A stretch of 64,000 bases of DNA from a virus. Below are positions 48,190 to 57,801 of this stretch, in pieces. Numbering within the stretch: the stretch's first letter is position 1; each line of letters begins with the position of its first letter. Below the pieces are notes generated by a model. That model was not told where the DNA came from and did no database searches. It saw only the letters and a program-made list of their open reading frames with translations. The DNA is taken from IMG/VR virus record IMGVR_UViG_2889178456_000001; one strand, given 5' to 3'. Position numbers and translations under genes: made by a program.

Positions 48190-48254
48190 CCACCATACTT
48201 GTGCCCAGCAATCCATCGAGCAATTGAAACAGATGAATATTATTTGAGGGTTTT

Positions 48255-48647
48255 ATGAAAGATACTGTAGATACACCTGTCGACCTTACTGAAGGCACTC
48301 TTCCTAAAGACGCTGATGCTCGCTTTGAGGAGCTGAACGGCTCCTGTGTGGTCATCCCCAAAGGGCACTACTGCTACACAGCGCTGGGCTTTAAACGCGA
48401 CGAGGCCGGTGGCCCTCCCCGCATGAGGATTAAAGCATGCCCCTATCACGCGGTTGATCCCGACCAGCCTGAGCAGCGCTCTGGTTATTGCGCCAAGCTG
48501 AAGGCTGGCGACTGGGAAGAAGAAGGGACCCGCCTGCTTTGGGACATGACCAAAGAATGTGATGTGAACTATCCTGACTGGGAAGAGGATGACGAGCTGG
48601 AAGCCGACCTACAAAAGCTCCGCACCGAAGTATCCGGAGAAACCTGA
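48255..48647 (+). CDS. Cys-rich hypothetical protein
   Basis: HYCY, ACPYH, YCAKL, KECDVN; GAGG RBS. Confidence 0.6.
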   Translation: MKDTVDTPVDLTEGTLPKDADARFEELNGSCVVIPKGHYCYTALGFKRDEAGGPPRMRIKACPYHAVDPDQPEQRSGYCAKLKAGDWEEEGTRLLWDMTKECDVNYPDWEEDDELEADLQKLRTEVSGET

Positions 48648-48907
48648 TGTCGGGTGACGATCAGACGCTTCTGCCTAACAGCCGAGCAAAGATCACCAAG
48701 GGGGACGACATCTTTTTGGTGACCCTACAATGCGACAGCGAAGAGCAAGCCGAAGAGCTTAGCCACAAGCTCGCTGCTCTCATGTTCAAGGACGCCATCA
48801 CCGGCCGATCCCGCGTAAAACGCCTGACACTGAGAAAGATGAACTGGTTCAAGCGTCTCAACTTCCTCTTCCTATGGAAGAAATATGAAGTTCTGAAGGT
48901 CCGCTGA
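48647..48907 (+). CDS. Hypothetical protein
   Basis: TGATG coupling to the previous ORF. Confidence 0.5.
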   Translation: MSGDDQTLLPNSRAKITKGDDIFLVTLQCDSEEQAEELSHKLAALMFKDAITGRSRVKRLTLRKMNWFKRLNFLFLWKKYEVLKVR

Positions 48908-48973
48908 AGGAAGCGATTGAATTTCGATAAGAAATCATCCAGAAACATTCGTGACCACCAAAGGAATTAATTC

Positions 48974-49285
48974 ATGCAAGAATATAAGACTCCAAGCATC
49001 GCCTATGTCGAGAGCCGTAAGATCGTCAAATCCCTTACCAAGAAGGTCTTGATCCAGGTAGCCATTTTGGCGCTATGTCTCGTGAACCTGTATTTTATGG
49101 TTGATATCGCCAATTTCGGGTCGATGACGGATTACGTGCTGGCTGCTCTCATCTTCGCTCAGGTAGTGGCACTTGGCATCAGTCTGACATCTTGGGTGAG
49201 TGTCCGACGGTCGTCCGCTAGAATTCGAGAGTATTGCATTCGCTATGAGGAAGATCGCAACCGGGCTCTAGGGATCAAGCACTAG
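48974..49285 (+). CDS. Small two-helix membrane protein
   Basis: AAGGAA RBS; two hydrophobic segments. Confidence 0.6.
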   Translation: MQEYKTPSIAYVESRKIVKSLTKKVLIQVAILALCLVNLYFMVDIANFGSMTDYVLAALIFAQVVALGISLTSWVSVRRSSARIREYCIRYEEDRNRALGIKH

Positions 49286-49345
49286 TCTCGGTATCGGTTG
49301 GAAGAAGAAGGGCTCGCTCACCGCATGGTAGCGAGCCCTATTTTT

Positions 49346-51943
49346 TTAGTAGACGAAATCGTGGATGTCGATGTTGTTGGAGTTCTGGCCAACAAGCACA
49401 CACATCAGGTAATCATCATCTGGGGTCGACTGGTTACCATTGTAGGTAATTTCGACATCACTGCCAGCTTGAGAGATGCTGAACGTTTGATCAGCAATGG
49501 GATCTCTTGCTGCGGAGCCAGAAAGAAGTCGAGACACGTCGATCTTGTCGGAACCATCCAGGAAGTCCATAATTTTGGCTACCGACTTATCCCAGTGATC
49601 CATGATGAACTGGTCGTTGCCTGAACCACCATAAAGGACATCTTCTCCACCGCCGCCGGAGATGTGGTCATCACCACCCTGCCCCCGGATGACATTGGCT
49701 GAACTGTTGCCCCAGATCTTGTTGTGGCTCTCGTTCATTGTCAGAGAAGATTCACCGGCACTCTCGAGCAATCTTGCATACTCGATGTTCTCACCAGACT
49801 GGAACGCACCAAGGGCATCATACATGACAAAGTCATTGCCTTCCCCGGCATTTTCTCTGGTCTCATCATCGACATGATCGACAACGTAAACATCATCACC
49901 GATGCCACCATACATGTGATCAGAGCCTTCGCCGCCATCGAGACGGTCGTTGCCAGCATTACCAAATAGGATATCCCGGCCCGATCCGCCATCCAGTGAG
50001 TCACGACCGAGACCACCGGTCAATACATCGTCGCCAGAATTGCCGTAGATCCGGTCATCGCCCTCTTGGCCGTGCATGATGTCTCGATGCGCACCGCCAG
50101 AGATGAGATCGTTGCCCTCACCACCTTTGATGTAATCGCGACCGTAGCCTCCCGAGAGGTAATCGTCACCTCTGCCGCCTTCGATATGATCGTTGCCGGT
50201 GCCACCCAGAACATGGTCATCCCCATCGAAGCCAAACACAGTGTCGTTGCCTTCATTGCTGGTGATTTGGTTGTCACCATTCGTCCCATAAAGGCGATCA
50301 TCACCACGCCCCGAGATGACGTTCTCGATACGGTTTCCGGTCACTCTGAACTGGGTACCCTCAAAGATGCTTGTGCCGCCAGCAAGAGACACTGTGACGC
50401 CCTCTGAGGTGGCTGTGAGGTTCAATGTGTCCTCACCCCCATCATGATCGCTGATGATGCCGTCAGAGGCCCCAGTTTCGATCATGCGGCCGATATCTGA
50501 GGTCACGAAGTGCATGTCGCCATTTGATATCGCATCACCATAGACAGTCAGTTCCACGTCCTTGACGGCAACGTTGGTAGGTTTATCCATCTTGGGGAGG
50601 TTGAACTCAAGGCGCCATGTACCAGCGCTTTCTTCGCCCCAGAAGGCATTTGATGTGAAGGTGAAATCAAGCTGCTTACGATTGTGGTCGATACCACTTA
50701 TCAAGGCGGATCGTGTACCTTCCGGGGATATGAGAGTTGCCTCGATGACCGAGAATGCCCAGCTCCCGTAGTTCATGTTCAGCGTAACCTTGTCGATGCT
50801 GATATTGTCTTCCATGACGATATTAATGCTATCCACCCGATCCTCGAAATCGATCAACTCCGGTTCCAGATCGGAAACGACCGTTGAGCCTGTGCCTTTC
50901 ATCATATTTTCTGAGGTAGACTGCTTATGCCAGTACGCTGCAAGGTTTGTAGCCGCTGTCACATCGAGAAGCCCGAAGCCATAATCGTTGCTAAAGACCA
51001 TGCCTCCACCATTCCAATTATCGGCGCCATTTTCACGCCAGACATTGCCTTCCGACGCAGCAGCATCGCCAGCCATTATGTCTCCTGTGGCATCAACCTT
51101 ACGAGAGCTGATCGCTAGGATTTCCTGTACATCGCGCCAGCCCAGGTCTGGGTTGGCTTCCAGCATTAGAGCTACAGCTCCTGATACCTGAGGGGCGGAG
51201 AACGAGGTGCCACGAACTGCTTCAGAGCCACCGTTGTCGCTTCCTCCATAAACATCTAGTCCGGGAGCTGATACTAGGAGATTGGACCCTTCCGAGCTGA
51301 AATAGGTATAAACACCATCCTGATCAGTGGCTCCAACGGTAATCGTACCAATGTCATTTTTAAGGTTACTGGTGTTGGACGCACCATCCTTGTTTCGTTC
51401 GTTACCGGCCGCGAAAACTACGTTCACACCCAGCCCATCACGACCTTCCGCCAGTGCCTTGTCTAGTTCGTCACCCCAGCGCGTTCCCCAGCCATGATCG
51501 TTGAAATTGTCGACGAAAGCTTTGCTCCAGCCCCAACTATTATTGAACACGTCCGACTGATGAAGACCGGCAATCCATGCTTCGTGCGTCCCCTTCCCTT
51601 CGCCAAAGGAAACACGGTTCGCGATCAGTCCAGCTTCATAGGCAACTCCAACGACACCCGTGCCGTTCGCTGCGCCCAGGGCAATTGTCGAAGTAGACGT
51701 ACCATGAGCTGTGTCAGAGCCATATTTTCTCACATCGCCATCGTTAAAGGCATAGTCCCAGGAGCTATCCAAGATATTGTCGGAAATATCTCTATTGCTC
51801 GTGTTAAAGCCATCGTCAAGAAAAGCAATACTCACGCCTTTACCTGAATAGTTTTCCCATGCTCCTTCTACATTGATGCCATTCTCACTATGGAGATGCC
51901 ACTGCTTACTGTAATGGGGATCGTTCTTTGGATTTCTTGGCAT
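49346..51943 (-). CDS. S8 subtilase with P domain and C-terminal RTX repeats (type I secretion substrate)
   Basis: Triad FLDDG / HGTS / GTSFSAP; P-domain WGEESAGTWRL; many GGxGxD nonapeptides; no Sec signal. Confidence 0.92.
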   Translation of the reverse strand: MPRNPKNDPHYSKQWHLHSENGINVEGAWENYSGKGVSIAFLDDGFNTSNRDISDNILDSSWDYAFNDGDVRKYGSDTAHGTSTSTIALGAANGTGVVGVAYEAGLIANRVSFGEGKGTHEAWIAGLHQSDVFNNSWGWSKAFVDNFNDHGWGTRWGDELDKALAEGRDGLGVNVVFAAGNERNKDGASNTSNLKNDIGTITVGATDQDGVYTYFSSEGSNLLVSAPGLDVYGGSDNGGSEAVRGTSFSAPQVSGAVALMLEANPDLGWRDVQEILAISSRKVDATGDIMAGDAAASEGNVWRENGADNWNGGGMVFSNDYGFGLLDVTAATNLAAYWHKQSTSENMMKGTGSTVVSDLEPELIDFEDRVDSINIVMEDNISIDKVTLNMNYGSWAFSVIEATLISPEGTRSALISGIDHNRKQLDFTFTSNAFWGEESAGTWRLEFNLPKMDKPTNVAVKDVELTVYGDAISNGDMHFVTSDIGRMIETGASDGIISDHDGGEDTLNLTATSEGVTVSLAGGTSIFEGTQFRVTGNRIENVISGRGDDRLYGTNGDNQITSNEGNDTVFGFDGDDHVLGGTGNDHIEGGRGDDYLSGGYGRDYIKGGEGNDLISGGAHRDIMHGQEGDDRIYGNSGDDVLTGGLGRDSLDGGSGRDILFGNAGNDRLDGGEGSDHMYGGIGDDVYVVDHVDDETRENAGEGNDFVMYDALGAFQSGENIEYARLLESAGESSLTMNESHNKIWGNSSANVIRGQGGDDHISGGGGEDVLYGGSGNDQFIMDHWDKSVAKIMDFLDGSDKIDVSRLLSGSAARDPIADQTFSISQAGSDVEITYNGNQSTPDDDYLMCVLVGQNSNNIDIHDFVY

Positions 51944-52112
51944 GTGCGCCCTTTCTCTGGTTATAGCCAAAAAGGTAGCACATACTCATTTATGAAATAG
52001 TTACGGCTCGGGAATAACGAATGGGGTGGAGAAGACAAAAAGGTCCCCGATCAATTAAGTTCGGGGGCCTTTTTGTGAGTTAATCTCAAATAATATTAAG
52101 CGAGACTTATTA

Positions 52113-52622
52113 TTAGTCCCACTTGTCCACGTCCATGGACATCATCGGTCTCGGCTGAAGCAGAGGGTCCGTAGCCTTATCATAGACGTAGTTGCCATTC
52201 CCAACATGGCGGTATCCAGGAACCAGTGGCCCCTCAGAAACAAAGTGCTTCATGCAAGATGCTTTAGCCAAGGGTTTGCCGGGAGGGTTCAGGATCAGTG
52301 TCCAGCTTACCTGACCACCATATGTGGCTCGGGAGTACTCACAGTTCGTCTCTGGGTCAGTCCACCACTGATTAGTATAGCCCACTGGCGGAACAGCGCC
52401 CGATTTGGTTTTTGAGCCTGGCTTCAGGTAAATGTTTTGCACAACACCTACTCCCAGGCCAGTTGGCACGGCCGGGCTAGGTTTGGCACCTGAGCTGTAG
52501 TTATTGTCGGTGTAGGTCTCGCCTACCATGTCACGTACGGTATCGCTTCCAGAACAAGCACTCAATGCACCCGCTACGGCGATTGCCGCGAAAATCTTCA
52601 TAGCCTTCATATTGAACTCCAA
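52113..52622 (-). CDS. Putative lipoprotein
   Basis: Lipobox LSAC after a hydrophobic leader; terminator-like hairpin at about 52038-52075. Confidence 0.7.
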   Translation of the reverse strand: MEFNMKAMKIFAAIAVAGALSACSGSDTVRDMVGETYTDNNYSSGAKPSPAVPTGLGVGVVQNIYLKPGSKTKSGAVPPVGYTNQWWTDPETNCEYSRATYGGQVSWTLILNPPGKPLAKASCMKHFVSEGPLVPGYRHVGNGNYVYDKATDPLLQPRPMMSMDVDKWD

Positions 52623-52828
52623 TCTATCAATAATACTGAAGTTAGCGGCATTCTATTAAATCTGAGTTATGTTTACCGAGAAGAAATAGATTGTTTCAGG
52701 TATGATGAGGATACTTGGATTTTTTTAACATTGACGAATAGAATATTTCTATTTCTGTAATATATGAAATCTCATACCCTTTATTGAAAACCTTCAAGCC
52801 AACGCTTGTTTACTTGTGAGCATTTCTC

Positions 52829-53371
52829 ATGACCCTATTGGATCGCTTTTTCGGGCCCAAAAAGTATATTTCTGTCGTCTATACCGACGAGACCCAGCGC
52901 AATCTGCGAAACTGGTGTCTTGATCACGGCATTGATTTGACGGTGAACTATGATGGTAGCTCCATTCCCGCCGAGAAATTTGTATTCCATACGACATTGA
53001 TGCTCACCAAGTCGCGCCATAAGCATGTGCTCAACAGAGATGTGCCCGTGAGAGCCTGTATGGAGCAGATTGATCTCGCTCGCTTCGGGAAAGACGGCGC
53101 TGGGCTAGGCTTGCGGATTACATCAAAGCAGCTTGATCGCATGCGCCGTATCTTCGAGGTTAACCACCACATGGTTGATACCTGGTCGACCTTCGATCCC
53201 CATATCTCTCTGAGCTACAGCCACCCCGGCCAGATCCCGAGTGAGATCCCGAAGTTCCCTCTCGTGCTGAAGTCACTCACTGTCGAGGATGTCTGTCCTA
53301 GCAAGAACCTGTTCTCCTCCTTCAAGCTAAAGGATGCAGATCGTTCAATGGCAGGCGCCCATCCTGCATAG
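52829..53371 (+). CDS. 2H phosphoesterase, Acb1 (T4 gp57B)-like
   Basis: Two HxT/S motifs (FHTT, PHIS) in a context resembling Acb1 (PxEKxHxT; PHIxLSY). Confidence 0.75.
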   Translation: MTLLDRFFGPKKYISVVYTDETQRNLRNWCLDHGIDLTVNYDGSSIPAEKFVFHTTLMLTKSRHKHVLNRDVPVRACMEQIDLARFGKDGAGLGLRITSKQLDRMRRIFEVNHHMVDTWSTFDPHISLSYSHPGQIPSEIPKFPLVLKSLTVEDVCPSKNLFSSFKLKDADRSMAGAHPA

Positions 53372-53751
53372 TTAACGCATAGTTTCACTTGGCATCTACA
53401 CTAATTGACATGATCAGTTTGCGTGCAGTATTTGTTCTATGGGTAACCTCGATATTGATGAGGTGACTATGGGAGCAAAAAATATGACTACCAAAGAGCA
53501 GGTACTAGGGTGTCTTTCGACTGAGGGTGAAGGCATCCATGCCAGTGCGGTCTATGAGAAATTGGCCATCACTCATTATAAATGATCGCCACAAGCGGGT
53601 CGAAGTTCGCACCATCCTGAGGAATGCCTTGGATCGCGGTGAGATCACGACAGATGTTAGGTTTGCGCTTCATCGAAAGAAGCCGGTAGACCAAAAGCAA
53701 AACGCCCCCGTTTAAGGAGGCGTCCGTTCTTACTCTAAGTGGTCAAAATCA

Positions 53752-54057
53752 TTAGGGAGATGGGGGATCATACATCTCAATCTGGGTGTTCACATAGTCG
53801 ACGTAGCCAGCGCGCGTGTCGCCATTCTGGACCTCGTAGCTCCAGTCCGCCACCGGATATTCTTCGAACTCCTCATTCCCTTCTGGGGCCCAGTGTTCAT
53901 ATTCTCCCTGATCGGTAAGCTCGTTTCCTAGGCGTTCTTCCAGCCAGTTGATGTAACCAAGTCGCGTCTCGTCACGGACCACTTCTCGCTCCCAATCGCG
54001 AGCAGGGAATTTTGGGTGATCGTCCCAGACGGATTCAATCTCTGAGTTTCCACGCAT
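53752..54057 (-). CDS. Hypothetical protein with two internal repeats
   Basis: FPARDWEREVVRDETRLGYINW and YPVADWSYEVQNGDTRAGYVDY; AGGAG RBS. Confidence 0.65.
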   Translation of the reverse strand: MRGNSEIESVWDDHPKFPARDWEREVVRDETRLGYINWLEERLGNELTDQGEYEHWAPEGNEEFEEYPVADWSYEVQNGDTRAGYVDYVNTQIEMYDPPSP

Positions 54058-54119
54058 ATTAGTTCTCCTCTTTAGATTTCTCTATCAAAGGTAGCGGTCT
54101 GGGGTGCAAGCCACTACAC

Positions 54120-54476
54120 TTAGCGCAGCTTCAAATGCCCAGTGATCGGGTCCAGTTCATCACGTTTCGCCGGGCCAAGTGCCACACAAGTCAGGGTCTT
54201 CACTCCATTAAACATGGTGCGACCTTCATCAATGATCTTGGCCGTATGAATACCAGCCTCTACAGCCTTCTCTGCTACTGCCAACAGTTCATCCTCACTG
54301 TCGACCGAGACAATGATCTTGGCTTGCGAGTTGTGATACCACTCCTGCACTACTGGATCACTGAGACGGGGGACGATGCTATCCAGAACCGCATGGCCTA
54401 CCTGTCCAGACTCTTTGCCCCGCGTCATTTTTAGATCGCGCCGGACCACGATAACTTGTCGCAATTCACTTGTCAT
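54120..54476 (-). CDS. pth2: Peptidyl-tRNA hydrolase Pth2
   Basis: QVIVVRRDLKMTRGK, QVGHA, AKIIV, DEGRT, TCVALGP, ITGHLKL. Confidence 0.92.
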   Translation of the reverse strand: MTSELRQVIVVRRDLKMTRGKESGQVGHAVLDSIVPRLSDPVVQEWYHNSQAKIIVSVDSEDELLAVAEKAVEAGIHTAKIIDEGRTMFNGVKTLTCVALGPAKRDELDPITGHLKLR

Positions 54477-54479
54477 AGG

Positions 54480-54845
54480 TCAGCCTTTCCGCATTTCGCG
54501 CTGGATTTCACCAATCAGCAGAGCCAGGTTAGCACTGTAGTGCATATGCGCCTCAACACCCTGCGAAACACCGCCCTGATGCGCGACCAGCTTGCTTGTG
54601 AGAGAATTCAGCACGGATTGAGCACCATCACCTGCCTCAGCGGCCTTGCGCGCGTTTTCGAGGGCATAGCCGATGGCTTGGACGTTTTGCTGGACGTCGA
54701 TGGCTACACGAGAACGATCCGTGACCTTTGGATTGCAGGGATCCTTCGCAGCAGCATCGACTGCATCTTCCAGAGCGCGATAAAGACGTTTGGTCTCCTG
54801 CTCAAAGTTGGCGTCCAGAAACTCGATCAGCGAAGCGATATCCAT
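54480..54845 (-). CDS. Hypothetical helical protein
   Basis: AAGGAA RBS; 3 nt from pth2. Confidence 0.6.
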   Translation of the reverse strand: MDIASLIEFLDANFEQETKRLYRALEDAVDAAAKDPCNPKVTDRSRVAIDVQQNVQAIGYALENARKAAEAGDGAQSVLNSLTSKLVAHQGGVSQGVEAHMHYSANLALLIGEIQREMRKG

Positions 54846-55078
54846 ATCATTTCCTTATTAGGCATCAATCAATACATGAATATGTCGCATCTATATCATG
54901 TATTGTCAACATTATATCATAATAGATAAACGACAAAAAAGGCCGCCCCATCCCCTGGAGCGACCTTTCTTCCTGTCCCGATAGATTTCTGACCGTTGTA
55001 TTGGAGCTCCTCGGCTCCCGTGTCAGTCATCGAGATACGATCTAGCAGAAGGTTCCCATAAACGCCCTGCCCTAATTG

Positions 55079-55552
55079 TTAAGAACTTGTAAAGATTCTG
55101 GCGATCTCGCCGTCCGAGAGTGTGGACTTCCCCGCCTCTAGAATGTCTTCACAAAGCTTTTCTACGGCCTCGGGGCCCTCACCAGCGGCTGCCTTGATGG
55201 CGGAGCTTAGCATCGTAGCAGTGTTCGTTCCAACATCGATTGCTTCCTTACTGGTCGGTGCATCTTCCTCACCCCCAACCAGCGGAACATCCTCAACCGA
55301 CTGAGTTGGAATGGAAGACAACGATGCGACAAAGAGCTCGGTCAGGAAATTGCCGAAGACTGTCGTATAGACACGCAAGCGGTCGAACTCTTCCTGAAGG
55401 TTCTTGGAAACATGGGGTTTGCCGAAGTCTGCGGGATCGACACATCCGAAGTGTGTAGGGGCGCCATCGACGAAAGCCAAGTCGCTCACTTCAATGTCTG
55501 TAGAGCATGCTTCACAATACATCCAAATCTTATTTTTCTGCTCAGTAACCAT
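55079..55552 (-). CDS. Hypothetical protein with N-terminal Zn-ribbon-like CxxC
   Basis: YCEACS...HFGC. Confidence 0.55.
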   Translation of the reverse strand: MVTEQKNKIWMYCEACSTDIEVSDLAFVDGAPTHFGCVDPADFGKPHVSKNLQEEFDRLRVYTTVFGNFLTELFVASLSSIPTQSVEDVPLVGGEEDAPTSKEAIDVGTNTATMLSSAIKAAAGEGPEAVEKLCEDILEAGKSTLSDGEIARIFTSS

Positions 55553-55683
55553 GATGCCCTCTGCATTGAATAAGGATCACAATGCATACTTAACCATGTA
55601 TTGTCAACTTTTATGCATTGAGTAAAAGAAAACCCCCGACGCGATTACATCGAGGGCTATCAAAACTGTATTGTCGGCAATAT

Positions 55684-55887
55684 CTAGGTTTCGCTGGCCA
55701 TCGAGAGCAAAACGTCCTTGGCTTCTTTTTTGAACTTAAAGGTAGTATCTGCCACAACGATTTCGCCCTCCGCAAGTCCGCTGGCGACCTTTTCTTTGAC
55801 CTGTTCGCTGACGGCATGCACCACCGTCTTATCGAATTCTTGTGCGCCCAAAGTTGTAACAATGGCGATGTTGTTTTTGTTAGTCAT
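55684..55887 (-). CDS. Small hypothetical protein
   Basis: 67 aa ORF with GGAG upstream. Confidence 0.5.
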   Translation of the reverse strand: MTNKNNIAIVTTLGAQEFDKTVVHAVSEQVKEKVASGLAEGEIVVADTTFKFKKEAKDVLLSMASET

Positions 55888-55957
55888 ATTCTTAAATTCT
55901 CCACTGAAATAGCAATGCGTTGCGCATACTATGAGTTGGTTACAGGTACGTCAAACC

Positions 55958-56632
55958 TCAGAGACCATAGGTGTTTTGTTCACGTTCAGCCTTACGAGCT
56001 TGCACATATCGATCAGCTTGAAGCTGGCCATAATTGTGAGATGCATCCAGGTAATCTTTATAATTAAGGTACACGCCATTTGGCAGCTGTAGAACGCAGC
56101 CGCCAAGAGCCTCCATGACCTTATCACTATGCGTCGATACGATGAACTGGTCATCCGGACGTTCGCTCACAATCTCCTTCAAAAGCGCCGCTAGGACCCA
56201 TTCCTTAGCGGGCGAGAGGCCCCGTTCGGGTTCATCAATGATGTGGAGGCGCGCTTTGGATCTCTGCATGATGTCTGACAGCTGAATAATGGAAGCCTGC
56301 CCCGCAGATTTTTGCAGCACCTTGAGATGAACATCAAAGTTAGCCTCATCCATATCACCTCGGAAACCCATGTGGTCCGCAGCGAGATCAATCGCGTTGA
56401 TCTGTTCTCCTGAGGCGGGCTCCGGGTGGACTACCGCCGCACTCTCTGCTGCGTTCGTCAATGACGATGGCGTCCAAGTGGATTTGAACTGGCTACGGAT
56501 CAGACCAAGAAGCGTACTCTTTCCAGCCCCATTGTCTCCAACAACGACGGTTACCCGGTTCTTGAAGTCGACAGTAAACCCTTTTGGAAAGGACCGATAG
56601 GGCTCCTTGAGGGTCACAGATTGCAAGATCAT
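55958..56632 (-). CDS. Stand-alone ABC/AAA-type ATPase
   Basis: Walker A GDNGAGKST, SAGQ signature, IIDEPE, STHS. Confidence 0.85.
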   Translation of the reverse strand: MILQSVTLKEPYRSFPKGFTVDFKNRVTVVVGDNGAGKSTLLGLIRSQFKSTWTPSSLTNAAESAAVVHPEPASGEQINAIDLAADHMGFRGDMDEANFDVHLKVLQKSAGQASIIQLSDIMQRSKARLHIIDEPERGLSPAKEWVLAALLKEIVSERPDDQFIVSTHSDKVMEALGGCVLQLPNGVYLNYKDYLDASHNYGQLQADRYVQARKAEREQNTYGL

Positions 56633-56652
56633 ATTTTTAGGTCTCAGATGAT

Positions 56653-56847
56653 TTACAGGAAGCCGCGAGACATCACTTCTTCCAGAGTGATCTCTTTGGC
56701 ATTGGTGACAGCCAGAGCAAGCTTGTCATCGAGAACATCCATATCAATGGGCTCGCCCCCAATCTTTGATGGGTTGATGGTGAACTTAATGTCCGCCACT
56801 TTACAGCCAGGATGGCGTGCTTCGAGAGCGTCAAAAGTCTTCTGCAT
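56653..56847 (-). CDS. Small hypothetical protein
   Basis: AAAGGAG RBS. Confidence 0.55.
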   Translation of the reverse strand: MQKTFDALEARHPGCKVADIKFTINPSKIGGEPIDMDVLDDKLALAVTNAKEITLEEVMSRGFL

Positions 56848-56976
56848 GATTATCTCCTTTGTAATCGAACAAATATAACATGGAATCTGTAAATTTAATC
56901 ATAAGCATACACGTAAAATTAAATAAGGCCACAAGAATTAACCTGTGGCCTTCCATAATTATTATGTCGTTCTATA

Positions 56977-57435
56977 TTACGGCTTGGGCGCGCTGGGCTT
57001 CATCTCGTTCACAGCATTCTCTAGCGCATCCATCAGGCCGTGACCACAGGACCACTCGCGGCCGACACGCACGATAAACTCACGCGTAGCATCATCTTCG
57101 CCAACTTTCAGTACCTGACCGGTCTCGGTAGCAATGGCAAACAGTTCACACAGGTTATCGAAAGCCTCAGCTTTCTCGTCGATCATCGTTGCTTTGAGTA
57201 CTTGGGCGTCAACTTCGTAGTTGCTCAGAGCTTCTGATAAGGTGGCGCCCATGACTGAACGGTTCTCACCACTAACCCGGACCTTCGAGAGGTCTTCAGT
57301 CATCTCGATCTTGATCGTCTCGCTCGTGCCGTTACCGACATATCCACATGCATTGCTTAGGTTTTCATAGCCCAGCGCCTTATGGTGCATCTCAACCAAG
57401 CGTGCGGTATGGGTGTCCAGATTGTCTTCAGTCAT
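56977..57435 (-). CDS. Hypothetical protein
   Basis: AGGAG RBS; ends KPSAPKP. Confidence 0.6.
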   Translation of the reverse strand: MTEDNLDTHTARLVEMHHKALGYENLSNACGYVGNGTSETIKIEMTEDLSKVRVSGENRSVMGATLSEALSNYEVDAQVLKATMIDEKAEAFDNLCELFAIATETGQVLKVGEDDATREFIVRVGREWSCGHGLMDALENAVNEMKPSAPKP

Positions 57436-57510
57436 AATACTTCTCCTAAAATATGATAAATATGATCCCTATCAGAGATAGAGATACCACCCCGGCCGCA
57501 AGCTTCCAGC

Positions 57511-57801
57511 TCAGCTATGAGAGGTTGCCTGATTTCGCATCCATTGAGATGCCACGGCTTCGTTCTGGGCCTGCACGTGACACAAGCGATCCTGCATCGC
57601 CATGATAGACTGCGCCCAGAACGAGAAGCTTCCTGTCACCATCAGGATCAGTGCCCATAGGGCTCTATCAGTGACGAGAAAGACTTCACCCATCTCCTTT
57701 ATGAACATGATCTCTTTAGCCATTAGGAGAAGCCCTAAAGCCAGAAGAATGGCCCCAATAACACTTATACTGGGAATCCGTTTTTTGTTGCTCTGCATCA
57801 A
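57511..57801 (-). CDS. Small two-helix membrane protein
   Basis: Two hydrophobic segments. Confidence 0.5.
   Translation of the reverse strand: MMQSNKKRIPSISVIGAILLALGLLLMAKEIMFIKEMGEVFLVTDRALWALILMVTGSFSFWAQSIMAMQDRLCHVQAQNEAVASQWMRNQATSHS

Larger units (their letters stand above)
46597..48247 (+). pseudogene. HAD-family phosphatase (5'(3')-deoxyribonucleotidase-like) split by a tnpB-only element
   Basis: IYLDCDGVLADF, ILTG, LIDDR; joining 47009 to 48190 restores GGVFI-HHTCAQQSIEQLKQMNII* (156 aa). Confidence 0.85.
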
